Positions 21,441 to 28,829 of a DNA stretch of 36,090 nucleotides are shown here, piece by piece (the first letter of the stretch is position 1; every line of letters starts with the position of its first letter). The stretch is from Oscillibacter sp. MSJ-31. Its GTDB lineage: Bacteria; Actinomycetota; Coriobacteriia; Coriobacteriales; QAMH01. The position numbers were made by a program, and so were the translations under genes. Below the pieces are notes generated by a model. That model ran no database searches. It was not told the origin of the DNA and saw nothing but the letters and a program-made list of their open reading frames with translations. Location of the stretch: the NCBI GenBank assembly GCA_963621315.1, contig CAVFDV010000004.1, forward strand, positions 533 to 36,622, in the 5' to 3' direction.

Positions 21441-21477
21441 GGGAAAACACGCCGAAAAGGCGACGGGCCGCGCTCCT

Positions 21478-23040
21478 TTAGGCGAAGATCTCGGCCAGGT
21501 CGTGCTCCGGCGTCGAGGTGGGGCGGATGCCGAACTTCTCGACGAGGGCGTTCAGGATGTTCGGGCTGACGAAGGCCGGCAGGCTCGGGCCCAGGTAGAT
21601 GCCCTTGATGCCCAGGTGCAGAAGCGACAGCAGGATGCACACGGCCTTTTGCTCGTACCAGGACAGGACAAACGACAGCGGCAGGTCGTTGACCCCGCAC
21701 TCGAAGGCCTCGGCCAGCGCGAGCGCGATCTTCACCGCACCGTAGGCGTCGTTGCATTGCCCGACGTCGAGCAGGCGCGGGATGCCGCCGATCTCGCCCA
21801 GGTCGAGGTCGTTGAAGCGGAACTTGCCGCAGGCCAGGGTGAGGACGACGGAGTCGGCGGGCGCGGATTTCACGAGCTCGGTGTAGTAGCTGCGCTCGGC
21901 CTTCATGCCATCGCAGCCGGCCACGAGCAAGAAGCGGGAGATGTCGCCGGATTTCACCGCGTCGATGACGGCGGGCGCGACGCCCATGACCGTGTCGTAG
22001 CCAAAGCCCGTCGAGACCTTGTGGCCGCCGTTGATGCCGGTGAAGCTTTTCTTCTCCGGCCAGCCGCCCAGCTCGAGCGCGCGCTCTACAAGCGGCGTGA
22101 AGTCCTTGTCATCGCCGATGTGGGGCGCGCCCGGAAAGCTCACAGGGTCGGTGGTGAAGACGCGGTCGGCATAGGACGCATCGGGCTTGAGCAGGCAGTT
22201 CGTCGTCCAGAGTATGGGCGCGGGCAGCTCGGCGAACTCCTTTTTCTGGTTGTGCCAGGCCGTGCCGAAGTTGCCCTTCAGGTGGCTGTGGGCGCGCAGC
22301 TTCGGGTAGGCGTGGGCGGGCAGCATCTCGCCGTGGGTGTAGACGTTCACGCCCTTGTCCTTGGTCTGCTCGAGCAGGCGCTCCAGATCGTGCAGGTCGT
22401 GGCCCGTGACCACGATGAAAGGCCCGGGCTCGACCTCGAGCTCGAGCGTGGCCGGCTCGGGGGTGCCGAAGGCCTCGAGGTTGGCCGATTCGAGCAAGGC
22501 CATGGCGGCGATGTTCACCTCGCCGCACTTCAAGTCGAGCGAAAGCAGCGCGTCGGCGTCGTCGGTGCCGGCGATGGCGGCAAGCCCCTCGCACATGAAA
22601 GCCGCGATGGCCGGGTCCTCTTTGCCCAGCACATGCGCATGCCAGGCGTAGGCCGCCACACCGCGCATCCCAAAGAGCAGCAGGCTTTTCAGCGAGCGCA
22701 GGTCCTCGTCGACCTGCCACAGGGCGCGCATGTCGAAATCGTGCGCGGACGCGTCGAGGGCGGCGGCGGCGTCGCGGACGTGCGCGGCCAGCTCGCGTAT
22801 CGCGGCATCGGAAAAGCTCACGTTGCTCACGCAGGCAAACATCCCCTCGAAGAGCAGCGCGGTGTTTTCCGCAGACAGGGGCGCGTCTCCCGTCGCCTGC
22901 GCAAGTGCGATCAGGGCGCCCGTCAGCTCGTCTTGGAGCAAGGCGGTCTCGGGGCTTTTGCCGCACACGCCGGCCATAGTGCAGGCGCTGCCGCCTGCCG
23001 TCTGCTCGCATTGGAAACAAAACATCTTCTCGTCGGCCAT
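21478..23040 (-). CDS. hcp: hybrid-cluster protein / hydroxylamine reductase
   Basis: The N-terminal Cys motif is MFCFQCEQT-x6-C-x7-C. The protein is conserved throughout (for example NCLLKP, WYEQKAV). I prefer the ATG at 23040 (GGAAGGG 8 nt upstream); the ATG at 23079 is less likely. Confidence 0.92.
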   Translation of the reverse strand: MADEKMFCFQCEQTAGGSACTMAGVCGKSPETALLQDELTGALIALAQATGDAPLSAENTALLFEGMFACVSNVSFSDAAIRELAAHVRDAAAALDASAHDFDMRALWQVDEDLRSLKSLLLFGMRGVAAYAWHAHVLGKEDPAIAAFMCEGLAAIAGTDDADALLSLDLKCGEVNIAAMALLESANLEAFGTPEPATLELEVEPGPFIVVTGHDLHDLERLLEQTKDKGVNVYTHGEMLPAHAYPKLRAHSHLKGNFGTAWHNQKKEFAELPAPILWTTNCLLKPDASYADRVFTTDPVSFPGAPHIGDDKDFTPLVERALELGGWPEKKSFTGINGGHKVSTGFGYDTVMGVAPAVIDAVKSGDISRFLLVAGCDGMKAERSYYTELVKSAPADSVVLTLACGKFRFNDLDLGEIGGIPRLLDVGQCNDAYGAVKIALALAEAFECGVNDLPLSFVLSWYEQKAVCILLSLLHLGIKGIYLGPSLPAFVSPNILNALVEKFGIRPTSTPEHDLAEIFA

Positions 23041-23110
23041 GTCGTTTTCCCTTCCGTGTCGATGTGCTGTCGAAAGCATGTTGAATCTAGCATCGTGCGC
23101 GGATGTGGTA

Positions 23111-23126
23111 TGTTGTCTCTACAACA
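23111..23126. promoter_or_regulatory. 16-bp perfect palindrome TGTTGT-N4-ACAACA: candidate Crp/Fnr-type (HcpR) box in the hcp/regulator divergent spacer
   Basis: Read directly at 23111-23126. It lies 71 nt upstream of the hcp start and 112 nt upstream of the regulator start. The 6-N4-6 geometry with TGT...ACA ends is the Crp/Fnr-family layout. Confidence 0.45.
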
Positions 23127-23237
23127 CATCGGTGAAAAAGCCGCCGGGTTTTGCGGGAAAAGCGAAAGGGTCGCGTGCGGCCTGCACGCGGGGAAGCGAA
23201 AGCCCGCGCGAAGCCGGCGGCACGCGAGGAGGAGAAG

Positions 23238-23894
23238 ATGGACTGCACCGCGCTTGCCGCCTGCCCGCTCTTTGCGGGAACGCCGCCCGAAGAGCTCGAG
23301 AAGATGCTGCCGTGCCTGCGCGCGCGGACGCGGCGCTTTGCCAAGGGGGAGCGCGTCATGCGCGCCGGAAACCCCGCCACGTGCGCGGGCATCGTGTTCG
23401 AAGGCGCGCTGCACGTGGAGGCCGTGGACGCCTGGGGCGAGACGTCTATCTTGGAGTCGCTTGCGCCGCCCGAGCCGTTCGCGCTTGCCTACGCCTGCTG
23501 CCCGGACGAGCCCTTGGGCGTCGACGTCGTGGCCGACAGCGATTGCAAGGTGGTGCTCTTCGACGCGGGAAGGCTCGCCGCCCCCTGCTCCGCCCATTGC
23601 GCAGCCCACGTGCGCGTCGCCGGCAAGCTCGTGCGCTCGCTCGCACGCAAGAGCCTCGCCTTGAACCGCCGCATGCGCGCCGTCGCGCCCAAGACCATAC
23701 GGGGAAAGGTGGCGGCCTATCTCTCGCAGCGCAGCGCCGCATGCGGCACGTCTGCCTTCGAGATCCCCTTCACCCAGGCGCAGCTCGCCTCGTATCTGGG
23801 CGTGGACAGAAGCGCCCTGTCCGCGACGCTGGCCGAATTGCGCCGCGAGGGCGCCATCGACTACAAGGGCAAGCGCTTCACCCTCCTGTCCTGA
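23238..23894 (+). CDS. Crp/Fnr family transcriptional regulator (HcpR-like by position), 218 aa
   Basis: GAGGAGGAG lies upstream of the ATG at 23238. It has an N-terminal cNMP-binding-like beta-barrel (PLFAGTPPEELEKML ... FAKGERVMRAGNPA) and a C-terminal HTH (FTQAQLASYLGVDRSALSATLAELRREG). It is divergent from hcp. Confidence 0.85.
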   Translation: MDCTALAACPLFAGTPPEELEKMLPCLRARTRRFAKGERVMRAGNPATCAGIVFEGALHVEAVDAWGETSILESLAPPEPFALAYACCPDEPLGVDVVADSDCKVVLFDAGRLAAPCSAHCAAHVRVAGKLVRSLARKSLALNRRMRAVAPKTIRGKVAAYLSQRSAACGTSAFEIPFTQAQLASYLGVDRSALSATLAELRREGAIDYKGKRFTLLS

Positions 23895-23922
23895 AGCCCG
23901 GATTGTCCTGAAGTTTGGATTG
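23889..23922. repeat. imperfect 17-bp tandem duplication straddling the regulator's stop codon
   Basis: TCCTGAAGCCCGGATTG (23889-23905) and TCCTGAAGTTTGGATTG (23906-23922) match at 14 of 17 positions. Confidence 0.85.
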
Positions 23923-24512
23923 CAAAGCCGGCCGGGCGCTTTAGGGCAAAAGGCGCTTCGCAGCGCCCGCTCGAAGAGGGCATCGCCTTCGAGTCCGAGC
24001 GCCGCATCAACAAGACCCTCTCCAACGAAGTGGGCGTATGGCACCAATCGGTCTTGGGGCTTGCGGGAGGCTGGGAAGACCTGGGGACGACAGGCGGCGG
24101 GGTCGATCTGCGGATGAAGGAGGCGCATCCCCGCTTCGGCAAGCCCATCGTCGCCGAGGTGAAAAACCGCTTCAACACGATAAAGTCCTCAGACGAGGCC
24201 GCCCTTTGGGACAGGCTCGACCTGCTCGCGCGCTCCGGCAATGCCATCGCCTACGTCTTCCAGATAGTCCCCAAAGACGCCCGGCGCTACGACTGCCCCT
24301 GGAACGTCTCGGGGCGCGAGCCGCGCGAGAACGTGCGCTGTTGCGACGGCATGACGGCCTACGAGCTCGTGTTCGGGCGCGAGGACGCCTTGCAGGAGAT
24401 ATACCGCGCCCTCCCGTTCGTGCTCTCCGACATCACGGGAAAGCCGGTGCTCGTCGAGGAAGGCGAGTCGACCTCCCTGTTCTACCAGAGCTTTCCGGCA
24501 GACGGGCAATAA
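23895..24512 (+). pseudogene. Eco47II-family type II restriction endonuclease, apparently 5-prime truncated; the only in-frame start is the internal GTG at 24030, which has no SD
   Basis: The family-like core reads VGVWHQSVLGLAGGWEDL ... VDL ... IVAEVKNRFNTIKSS ... CDGMTAYELVFGREDALQEIYRALPFVL. Family-like sequence (FESERRINKTLSNE) continues in frame upstream of 24030. The frame is open back to 23895, directly after the TGA of the preceding gene, with no ATG, GTG or TTG. The family assignment is from memory of the conserved pattern, not from a search. Confidence 0.55.
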
Positions 24513-24564
24513 CCCCGGCCGCACGTGCGCAAAGACAGCATCGGAGGCGCTGAAACACCGGAAA

Positions 24565-24591
24565 GCAACGCCGGCAACGCCGGCAACACCG
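24565..24591. repeat. 9-bp tandem repeat x3 (GCAACGCCG GCAACGCCG GCAACACCG)
   Basis: Read directly in the R-M intergenic spacer. Confidence 0.9.
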
Positions 24592-24608
24592 CGCTTTTGG
24601 AAAAGCGC
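24591..24608. repeat. 18-bp perfect palindrome GCGCTTTTGGAAAAGCGC
   Basis: Read directly. It has 8-bp arms and a 2-nt centre, and lies 70 nt upstream of the methyltransferase start. Confidence 0.9.
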
Positions 24609-24632
24609 AAACCGCGTGTCCGCCCGGACGGG

Positions 24633-24664
24633 TATTATGTAACCCTTGCATAGGCAAAGGTTAC
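24633..24664 (+). promoter_or_regulatory. candidate methyltransferase promoter (-10 TATTAT) abutted by a 26-bp inverted repeat operator
   Basis: TATTAT lies at 24633-24638. The inverted repeat is GTAACCCTTGC (24639-24649), ATAG, GCAAAGGTTAC (24654-24664), with one mismatch in the 11-bp arms. It ends 13 nt before the ATG at 24678. Confidence 0.45.
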
Positions 24665-24677
24665 AGATGGGAGCGGC

Positions 24678-25940
24678 ATGGAGGCTGTGGCGGAACAGGG
24701 GCTTGTCAGCGTGACGGCGGCGGCGGGCGCGCTCGGGTGCTCGGCGGACACGATACGGCGCTGGAACAAGCTCGGGCTGATAAAGGCCACGCGCGACAAG
24801 AACAACCGGCGCCTGTTCAAGCTCGCCGAGATAGAGCGCCTGCAGCGCAAGCTCGACGGCGGCGAGGACGGAAGCGAGTACCGCGTCTTGCGCGCGGAGA
24901 AAGCGTTTCCCGAGGCCACCTGCATAGACCTCTTCGCCGGGGGCGGCGGCACGGCGCTTGGCTTCCACAACGCGGGCCTTTCCCACGTCATGCTCAACGA
25001 GATGGACGAGAACGCGGCGGCGACGCTCTCGCGCAACTCCGAGAGGCTCGGCCTTTCCTGGAACGTCGTGCAAGGCGACGTGAGGGAGATCGACTTCGCG
25101 GGGATGCGCGCCGAGGTCGTGCAGGCGGGCTTTCCCTGCCAGGCGTTCAGCTACGCGGGCAAGAGCCGCGGCTTCGAGGACACGCGCGGCACCCTCTTCT
25201 TCGAGTTCGCCCGCGCGGTCCGCGACGTGCGCCCCAAGGTCGCCATAGGCGAAAACGTGCGCGGGCTGGTGAAGCACGACGGCGGGCGCACGCTGGCCAC
25301 GATGCTTGCGACCCTGGGCGAGCTGGGCTACGACGTCGCCTGGCGCGTCTTGCGCTCGCAATACCTCGACGTGCCGCAAAAGCGCGAGCGCCTCATCATC
25401 TTCGCCGTACGCCGCGACGCAGAGCTGCCCATCGTCTTTCCCAGGGAGCGCGACTACTTCATCTCGCTGCGCCAGGCGCTCGCCGGCTGCCCGGCCTCGG
25501 AAGGGCAGAGCTACCCCGAGCGCAAGCGGCGCGTGATGGAGCTCGTGCCGGAGGGCGGCAACTGGCGCGACCTGCCGCCGGACGTGCAGCGCAGCTACAT
25601 GGCGGGCAGCTTCTCGCTCCCGGGCGGCAAGACCGGCATCGCGCGGCGCATGTCCTGGGACCAGCCCGCCCTGACCCTCACCTGCTCGCCCGCGCAAAAG
25701 CAGACCGAGCGCTGCCACCCGGACGAGACGCGGCCTTTCACCGTGCGCGAGTACGCGCGCATCCAGACCTTTCCCGACGAATGGGAGTTCGAGGGCAGCA
25801 TGGCGAGCAAGTACCGCCAGATCGGCAACGCCGTGCCCGTGAACCTGGGATACCACGTCGGGCGCTGCGTGCTCGCCTCGCTGGGCTATATCCCCATCGA
25901 CGGGGAGATGGAAATCGTCGAGCCGCTTGCGTTCGCATAG
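24678..25940 (+). CDS. DNA (cytosine-5) methyltransferase with N-terminal MerR/excisionase-type HTH domain, 420 aa
   Basis: The C5-MTase motifs are I DLFAGGGG, IV GFPCQAFS, VI GENVRGL, VIII PQKRERLIIF and X QIGNAVPV. The N-terminal HTH is VSVTAAAGALGCSADTIRRWNKLGLIKATRDKNNRRLF. Confidence 0.92.
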   Translation: MEAVAEQGLVSVTAAAGALGCSADTIRRWNKLGLIKATRDKNNRRLFKLAEIERLQRKLDGGEDGSEYRVLRAEKAFPEATCIDLFAGGGGTALGFHNAGLSHVMLNEMDENAAATLSRNSERLGLSWNVVQGDVREIDFAGMRAEVVQAGFPCQAFSYAGKSRGFEDTRGTLFFEFARAVRDVRPKVAIGENVRGLVKHDGGRTLATMLATLGELGYDVAWRVLRSQYLDVPQKRERLIIFAVRRDAELPIVFPRERDYFISLRQALAGCPASEGQSYPERKRRVMELVPEGGNWRDLPPDVQRSYMAGSFSLPGGKTGIARRMSWDQPALTLTCSPAQKQTERCHPDETRPFTVREYARIQTFPDEWEFEGSMASKYRQIGNAVPVNLGYHVGRCVLASLGYIPIDGEMEIVEPLAFA

Positions 25941-26042
25941 GGCGCTGCGACCGCCCGGGCCGCATCTCTGTGGAGACCGAACGCGCCCTCCCGCGCGCAT
26001 GGGGCATGCGCCTCCTCGACGCACGCCTCGACGCGTGGCTCC

Positions 26043-27629
26043 CTACTCCTTGACGATCAGCTCGGTCCACTCGGCCGGGTCGTCGTCGGGCAGGGCCTTC
26101 TCCTCGGCAGGCGCGGCCTCCATCGCCAGATCGAGCACCGCCGGGTCGGTGTGCCAGCACTCGCACGCCGGCATGCCCGCCTCCTCGAACGAGTCGGCGA
26201 TGAACACGGGGTTGTCGCCCGCGCTCTTTTGCCTCGTGTAGTCGTCGAGCGCCATGAGCGCCCACTTGCCCAGGATGAGGATGACGACGATGTTGATGAT
26301 GGCCTGTATGCCCATGAAGATGTCGGCCAGGTTCCACGCGAGCGTCAGATTCGAGTTCGCGCCGAAGAAGATGGCCACGCAGCACACGACGCGAAAGACC
26401 GCGAGCGCGCCCTTGTTCTTCGTGATGAACTTGAAGTTGCTCTCGGCGTAGAAGTAGTTGCCGATCAGGCTGGAAAACGCGAAGGCGAAGATCGCGACGG
26501 TCATGAAGTGCATGCCGGCGTCGCCCAGCCCGCTTTGCATGGCCGCCTGCACGAGCGACATGTTCGTGAGCAGCGCGTCTTTGTCGATTGCGGCGATCCC
26601 GTCGGCCGTCAGCCCTTGCGCCGCGCCCCAGAAGATCTGGTCGGTGTTGCCGATGACGAAGAACATGAGCATGCCCGCGGAGGCCGTGCAGATGACCATC
26701 GTGTCGATGAAGACGGAGAAGGTCTGGACGAGGCCTTGCTTGACGGGGTGGCTGACCGAGGCGGAGGCGGCGGCGTTGGGGGCCGAGCCCATGCCCGCCT
26801 CGTTGGAGAACAGGCCGCGCTTGATGCCCTGGACGACCATCGAGCCTGCGAAACCGCCCACGACGCTGTTGAAGTTGAAGGCCTCGGCAAAGATCATGCC
26901 GAAGACGGCCGGCAGCTGCGTGATGTTCATCCCCGTGATGACGAGCGCGAGCAAGATGTAGCCGATGGCCATGACGGGCACGATGATGGAGGTGAGGAAG
27001 CTGATCATGCGCGTGCCGCCGAAGAGGATGAAGGCCACGATCACGGCGAGCACAATGCCGAGCGCCACGGGCGCCATCGAGTTGAAGTAGTCGGGGATAT
27101 AGGCCTCGAGCGACGAGGACATGTTGTAGGTCTGCAGGCCGTTGAAGCCGATGGCAAAGCACAAGATGAGGGCGACGGCAAAGACATTGGCGAGCCACTT
27201 CTTGTGCAGCGCCTGCCAGATGTAGTAGGCAGGGCCGCCGCGGAACTCGCCGTCTTCGGCCTTCACCTTCCAGATCTGCGCGAGCGTGGACTCGATGAAG
27301 GCCGACGCGCTGGTGATGGAGGCCATGACCCACATCCAAAAGACCGCGCCCGGCCCGCCCGTGGCTATGGCCGTGGCCACGCCGGCGATGTTGCCCGTGC
27401 CCACGCGCGAGGCCGTCGAGACCATGAGCGCCTGAAACGACGAGACGGTCTTCTTGCCGGGGACGTGCTTTTTCTCCGTGAGGTGGCGGATCATGTCGAA
27501 AAAGCCGCGGAACTGGATGAAGCGCGTGCGGAAGCTGAAGTACAGGCCGCAGGCGATGAGGAGGAACACGAGGAAATACGTGTACATGTAAGTGTCGATG
27601 GTGTCGGTGATCGCGATCAGCTGGTCCAT
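26043..27629 (-). CDS. alanine/glycine:cation symporter (AGCS) family transporter, 528 aa
   Basis: The AGCS signature region reads FRTRFIQFR ... SSFQALMVSTASRVGTGNIAGVATAIATGGPGAVFWMW. GGAAGGG lies 7 nt upstream. It has an acidic C-terminal extension of about 60 aa. Confidence 0.9.
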   Translation of the reverse strand: MDQLIAITDTIDTYMYTYFLVFLLIACGLYFSFRTRFIQFRGFFDMIRHLTEKKHVPGKKTVSSFQALMVSTASRVGTGNIAGVATAIATGGPGAVFWMWVMASITSASAFIESTLAQIWKVKAEDGEFRGGPAYYIWQALHKKWLANVFAVALILCFAIGFNGLQTYNMSSSLEAYIPDYFNSMAPVALGIVLAVIVAFILFGGTRMISFLTSIIVPVMAIGYILLALVITGMNITQLPAVFGMIFAEAFNFNSVVGGFAGSMVVQGIKRGLFSNEAGMGSAPNAAASASVSHPVKQGLVQTFSVFIDTMVICTASAGMLMFFVIGNTDQIFWGAAQGLTADGIAAIDKDALLTNMSLVQAAMQSGLGDAGMHFMTVAIFAFAFSSLIGNYFYAESNFKFITKNKGALAVFRVVCCVAIFFGANSNLTLAWNLADIFMGIQAIINIVVILILGKWALMALDDYTRQKSAGDNPVFIADSFEEAGMPACECWHTDPAVLDLAMEAAPAEEKALPDDDPAEWTELIVKE

Positions 27630-27785
27630 GGAGCCGCCCTTCCTTGTTCGACTGAGAGCCGCGCGGGGGTGCGCGAAAACACGTGGAGACGCGCATGGAG
27701 GCGCACGTGGTTTGAGACGCTCTGGCGAAAAACCATAGCAAAAACAAAGCGCGGGGGGAATAGGCGCGCGGGCGGGGGGCGCTTC

Positions 27786-28829
27786 TCAGCCCGCCGAGAG
27801 GGTGAAATCGAGCGCGCGCACCGCCTCGGCCACGCGGGAGGGCACGTAGCTGTCCGTCTGGAGCGCGGGGACAAGGCCGTGCTGCTCGACGACGCTGCCC
27901 GCGATAGGGCCGCAGGCGACGAGCTTCGTGGAGGCGAGCAAGGTGCGCGCCTGCGCGCCCAGCATGCGAAAGAAGGCGCCCGCGAGCTGCGCGTCCGACA
28001 AGACGACGGCGTCTATCGCGCCATCGGCAAGGCCTGCGGCGAGCACGTCGCAGGAAAGGGCGGCGGCGGTGGTGGAGGAGGCGGCGGAGCTTGCGGCAGG
28101 GGCGGGGGCGGTGGCGGAGCTTGCGGCAGGGGCGGCAAGGGTCGCGGCGCCGAAAGCCGCGGCATCTGCGGCCGCGCCCGCGCCCACGCCCTCAGCGCCC
28201 GCGCCGGCGTTGGCGGCGCTGCCGGCGCCCGTCTCCTTCGGGACCTGCACGACGGGCTGCTCGAAGACACGCGCGCCGGCCTCGCGCAGCAAGGCCGCGA
28301 GCTTGCACGGAGCCCCCGCCTCGCAGGCGACGGCGATCGCGCGGCCTGCGAGCTCGCGGCCGGCGCCTGGCTTCACGGGCGCGACGAAACGCCCCACGAG
28401 CACGTCCACGGGCGATGCCGGGTGCAGACGGCGCACGAGCTGCGCCGCCTCGTGCAAGGTCGTCTGCGCCGTTTGGAAGAAGGGGCTTTTCAGCCTATAG
28501 ACGAGCGCCGCGGGCATCCCGGGCCCGGCTCCCGCCTGCTCCAGATGCGCAAGCGCCAAAGGGAGCGCGCGCACGGAAAAGCGCAGGCGCACGCTCGCGC
28601 CCGCCGAGACCAGCGCCGCCAGCGCCTCCCAGTCCGCCCCGGCAAAAGACGCGGACTCGTCCGGCGCGCAAAAAAAGACGGGGCACGGGTGCCCGGGCTG
28701 CGAGAGGGCTATCCCGCCGAAGGCGACGGGAAAGCCGGCGTCGTCCACCTCGAGCGCGGGTGAAAACGCGGCAGACCTTTCCGGCGCGCGCGCGGCGGCG
28801 GCGGCGTATGCAGAAGACGCGGCGGACAT
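27786..28829 (-). CDS. uroporphyrinogen-III synthase (HemD/HEM4)-like protein with a long Ala/Ser/Gly low-complexity insert
   Basis: The C-terminal half resembles HEM4 (IDAVVLSDAQLAGAFFRML ... KLVACGPIAGSVVEQHGL). The ATG at 28829 forms a TGATG overlap with the pepC stop; the GTG at 28832 is an alternative. This is a moderate call only. Confidence 0.5.
   Translation of the reverse strand: MSAASSAYAAAAARAPERSAAFSPALEVDDAGFPVAFGGIALSQPGHPCPVFFCAPDESASFAGADWEALAALVSAGASVRLRFSVRALPLALAHLEQAGAGPGMPAALVYRLKSPFFQTAQTTLHEAAQLVRRLHPASPVDVLVGRFVAPVKPGAGRELAGRAIAVACEAGAPCKLAALLREAGARVFEQPVVQVPKETGAGSAANAGAGAEGVGAGAAADAAAFGAATLAAPAASSATAPAPAASSAASSTTAAALSCDVLAAGLADGAIDAVVLSDAQLAGAFFRMLGAQARTLLASTKLVACGPIAGSVVEQHGLVPALQTDSYVPSRVAEAVRALDFTLSAG
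28083..28142. repeat. 30-bp tandem duplication inside the HemD-like ORF
   Basis: GGCGGAGCTTGCGGCAGGGGCGG occurs at 28083-28105 and again at 28113-28135. It encodes the repeated APAASSA segments. Confidence 0.85.

Noticed and set aside
18616-21450. 944-aa minus-strand ORF apparently fusing the LCP protein to a long N-terminal region, and the 576-aa ORF at 18428-20158
   Set aside because: The upstream 517 codons are an alternative frame running through murA and have shadow composition. A good RBS and ATG at 19899 start the real LCP gene just after the murA stop.
21382-23664. 760-aa plus-strand ORF across hcp and into the regulator gene, and the ORFs at 22730-23911 and 22923-24128
   Set aside because: These are antisense or out of frame relative to hcp and the Crp/Fnr gene, both of which have clear family signatures.
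23892-24032. Idea that the Crp/Fnr regulator and the endonuclease fragment form a read-through (TGA) fusion, because they share a frame
   Set aside because: There is no recoding signal (SECIS-like hairpin or slippery context). The regulator ends at a normal position for its family. The shared frame is more simply explained as a chance outcome of the deletion or duplication event at the junction.
24565-24608. Possible CRISPR-like array or minisatellite in the R-M spacer
   Set aside because: There are only three 9-bp units with no spacers, followed by a single palindrome. This is far too short and lacks the repeat-spacer architecture. No cas genes are in the window.
24189-26024. 611-aa minus-strand ORF antisense to the R-M genes, and the 438-aa plus-strand alternative frame at 24737-26053
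   Set aside because: The sense frame contains all canonical C5-methyltransferase motifs. The alternatives are Arg/Ala/Gly-rich shadows.
26151-28763. 870-aa plus-strand ORF antisense to the AGCS transporter and the HemD-like gene, and the 669-aa ORF at 25738-27747
   Set aside because: They have shadow composition. The AGCS signature and hydrophobicity pattern are unambiguous on the minus strand.
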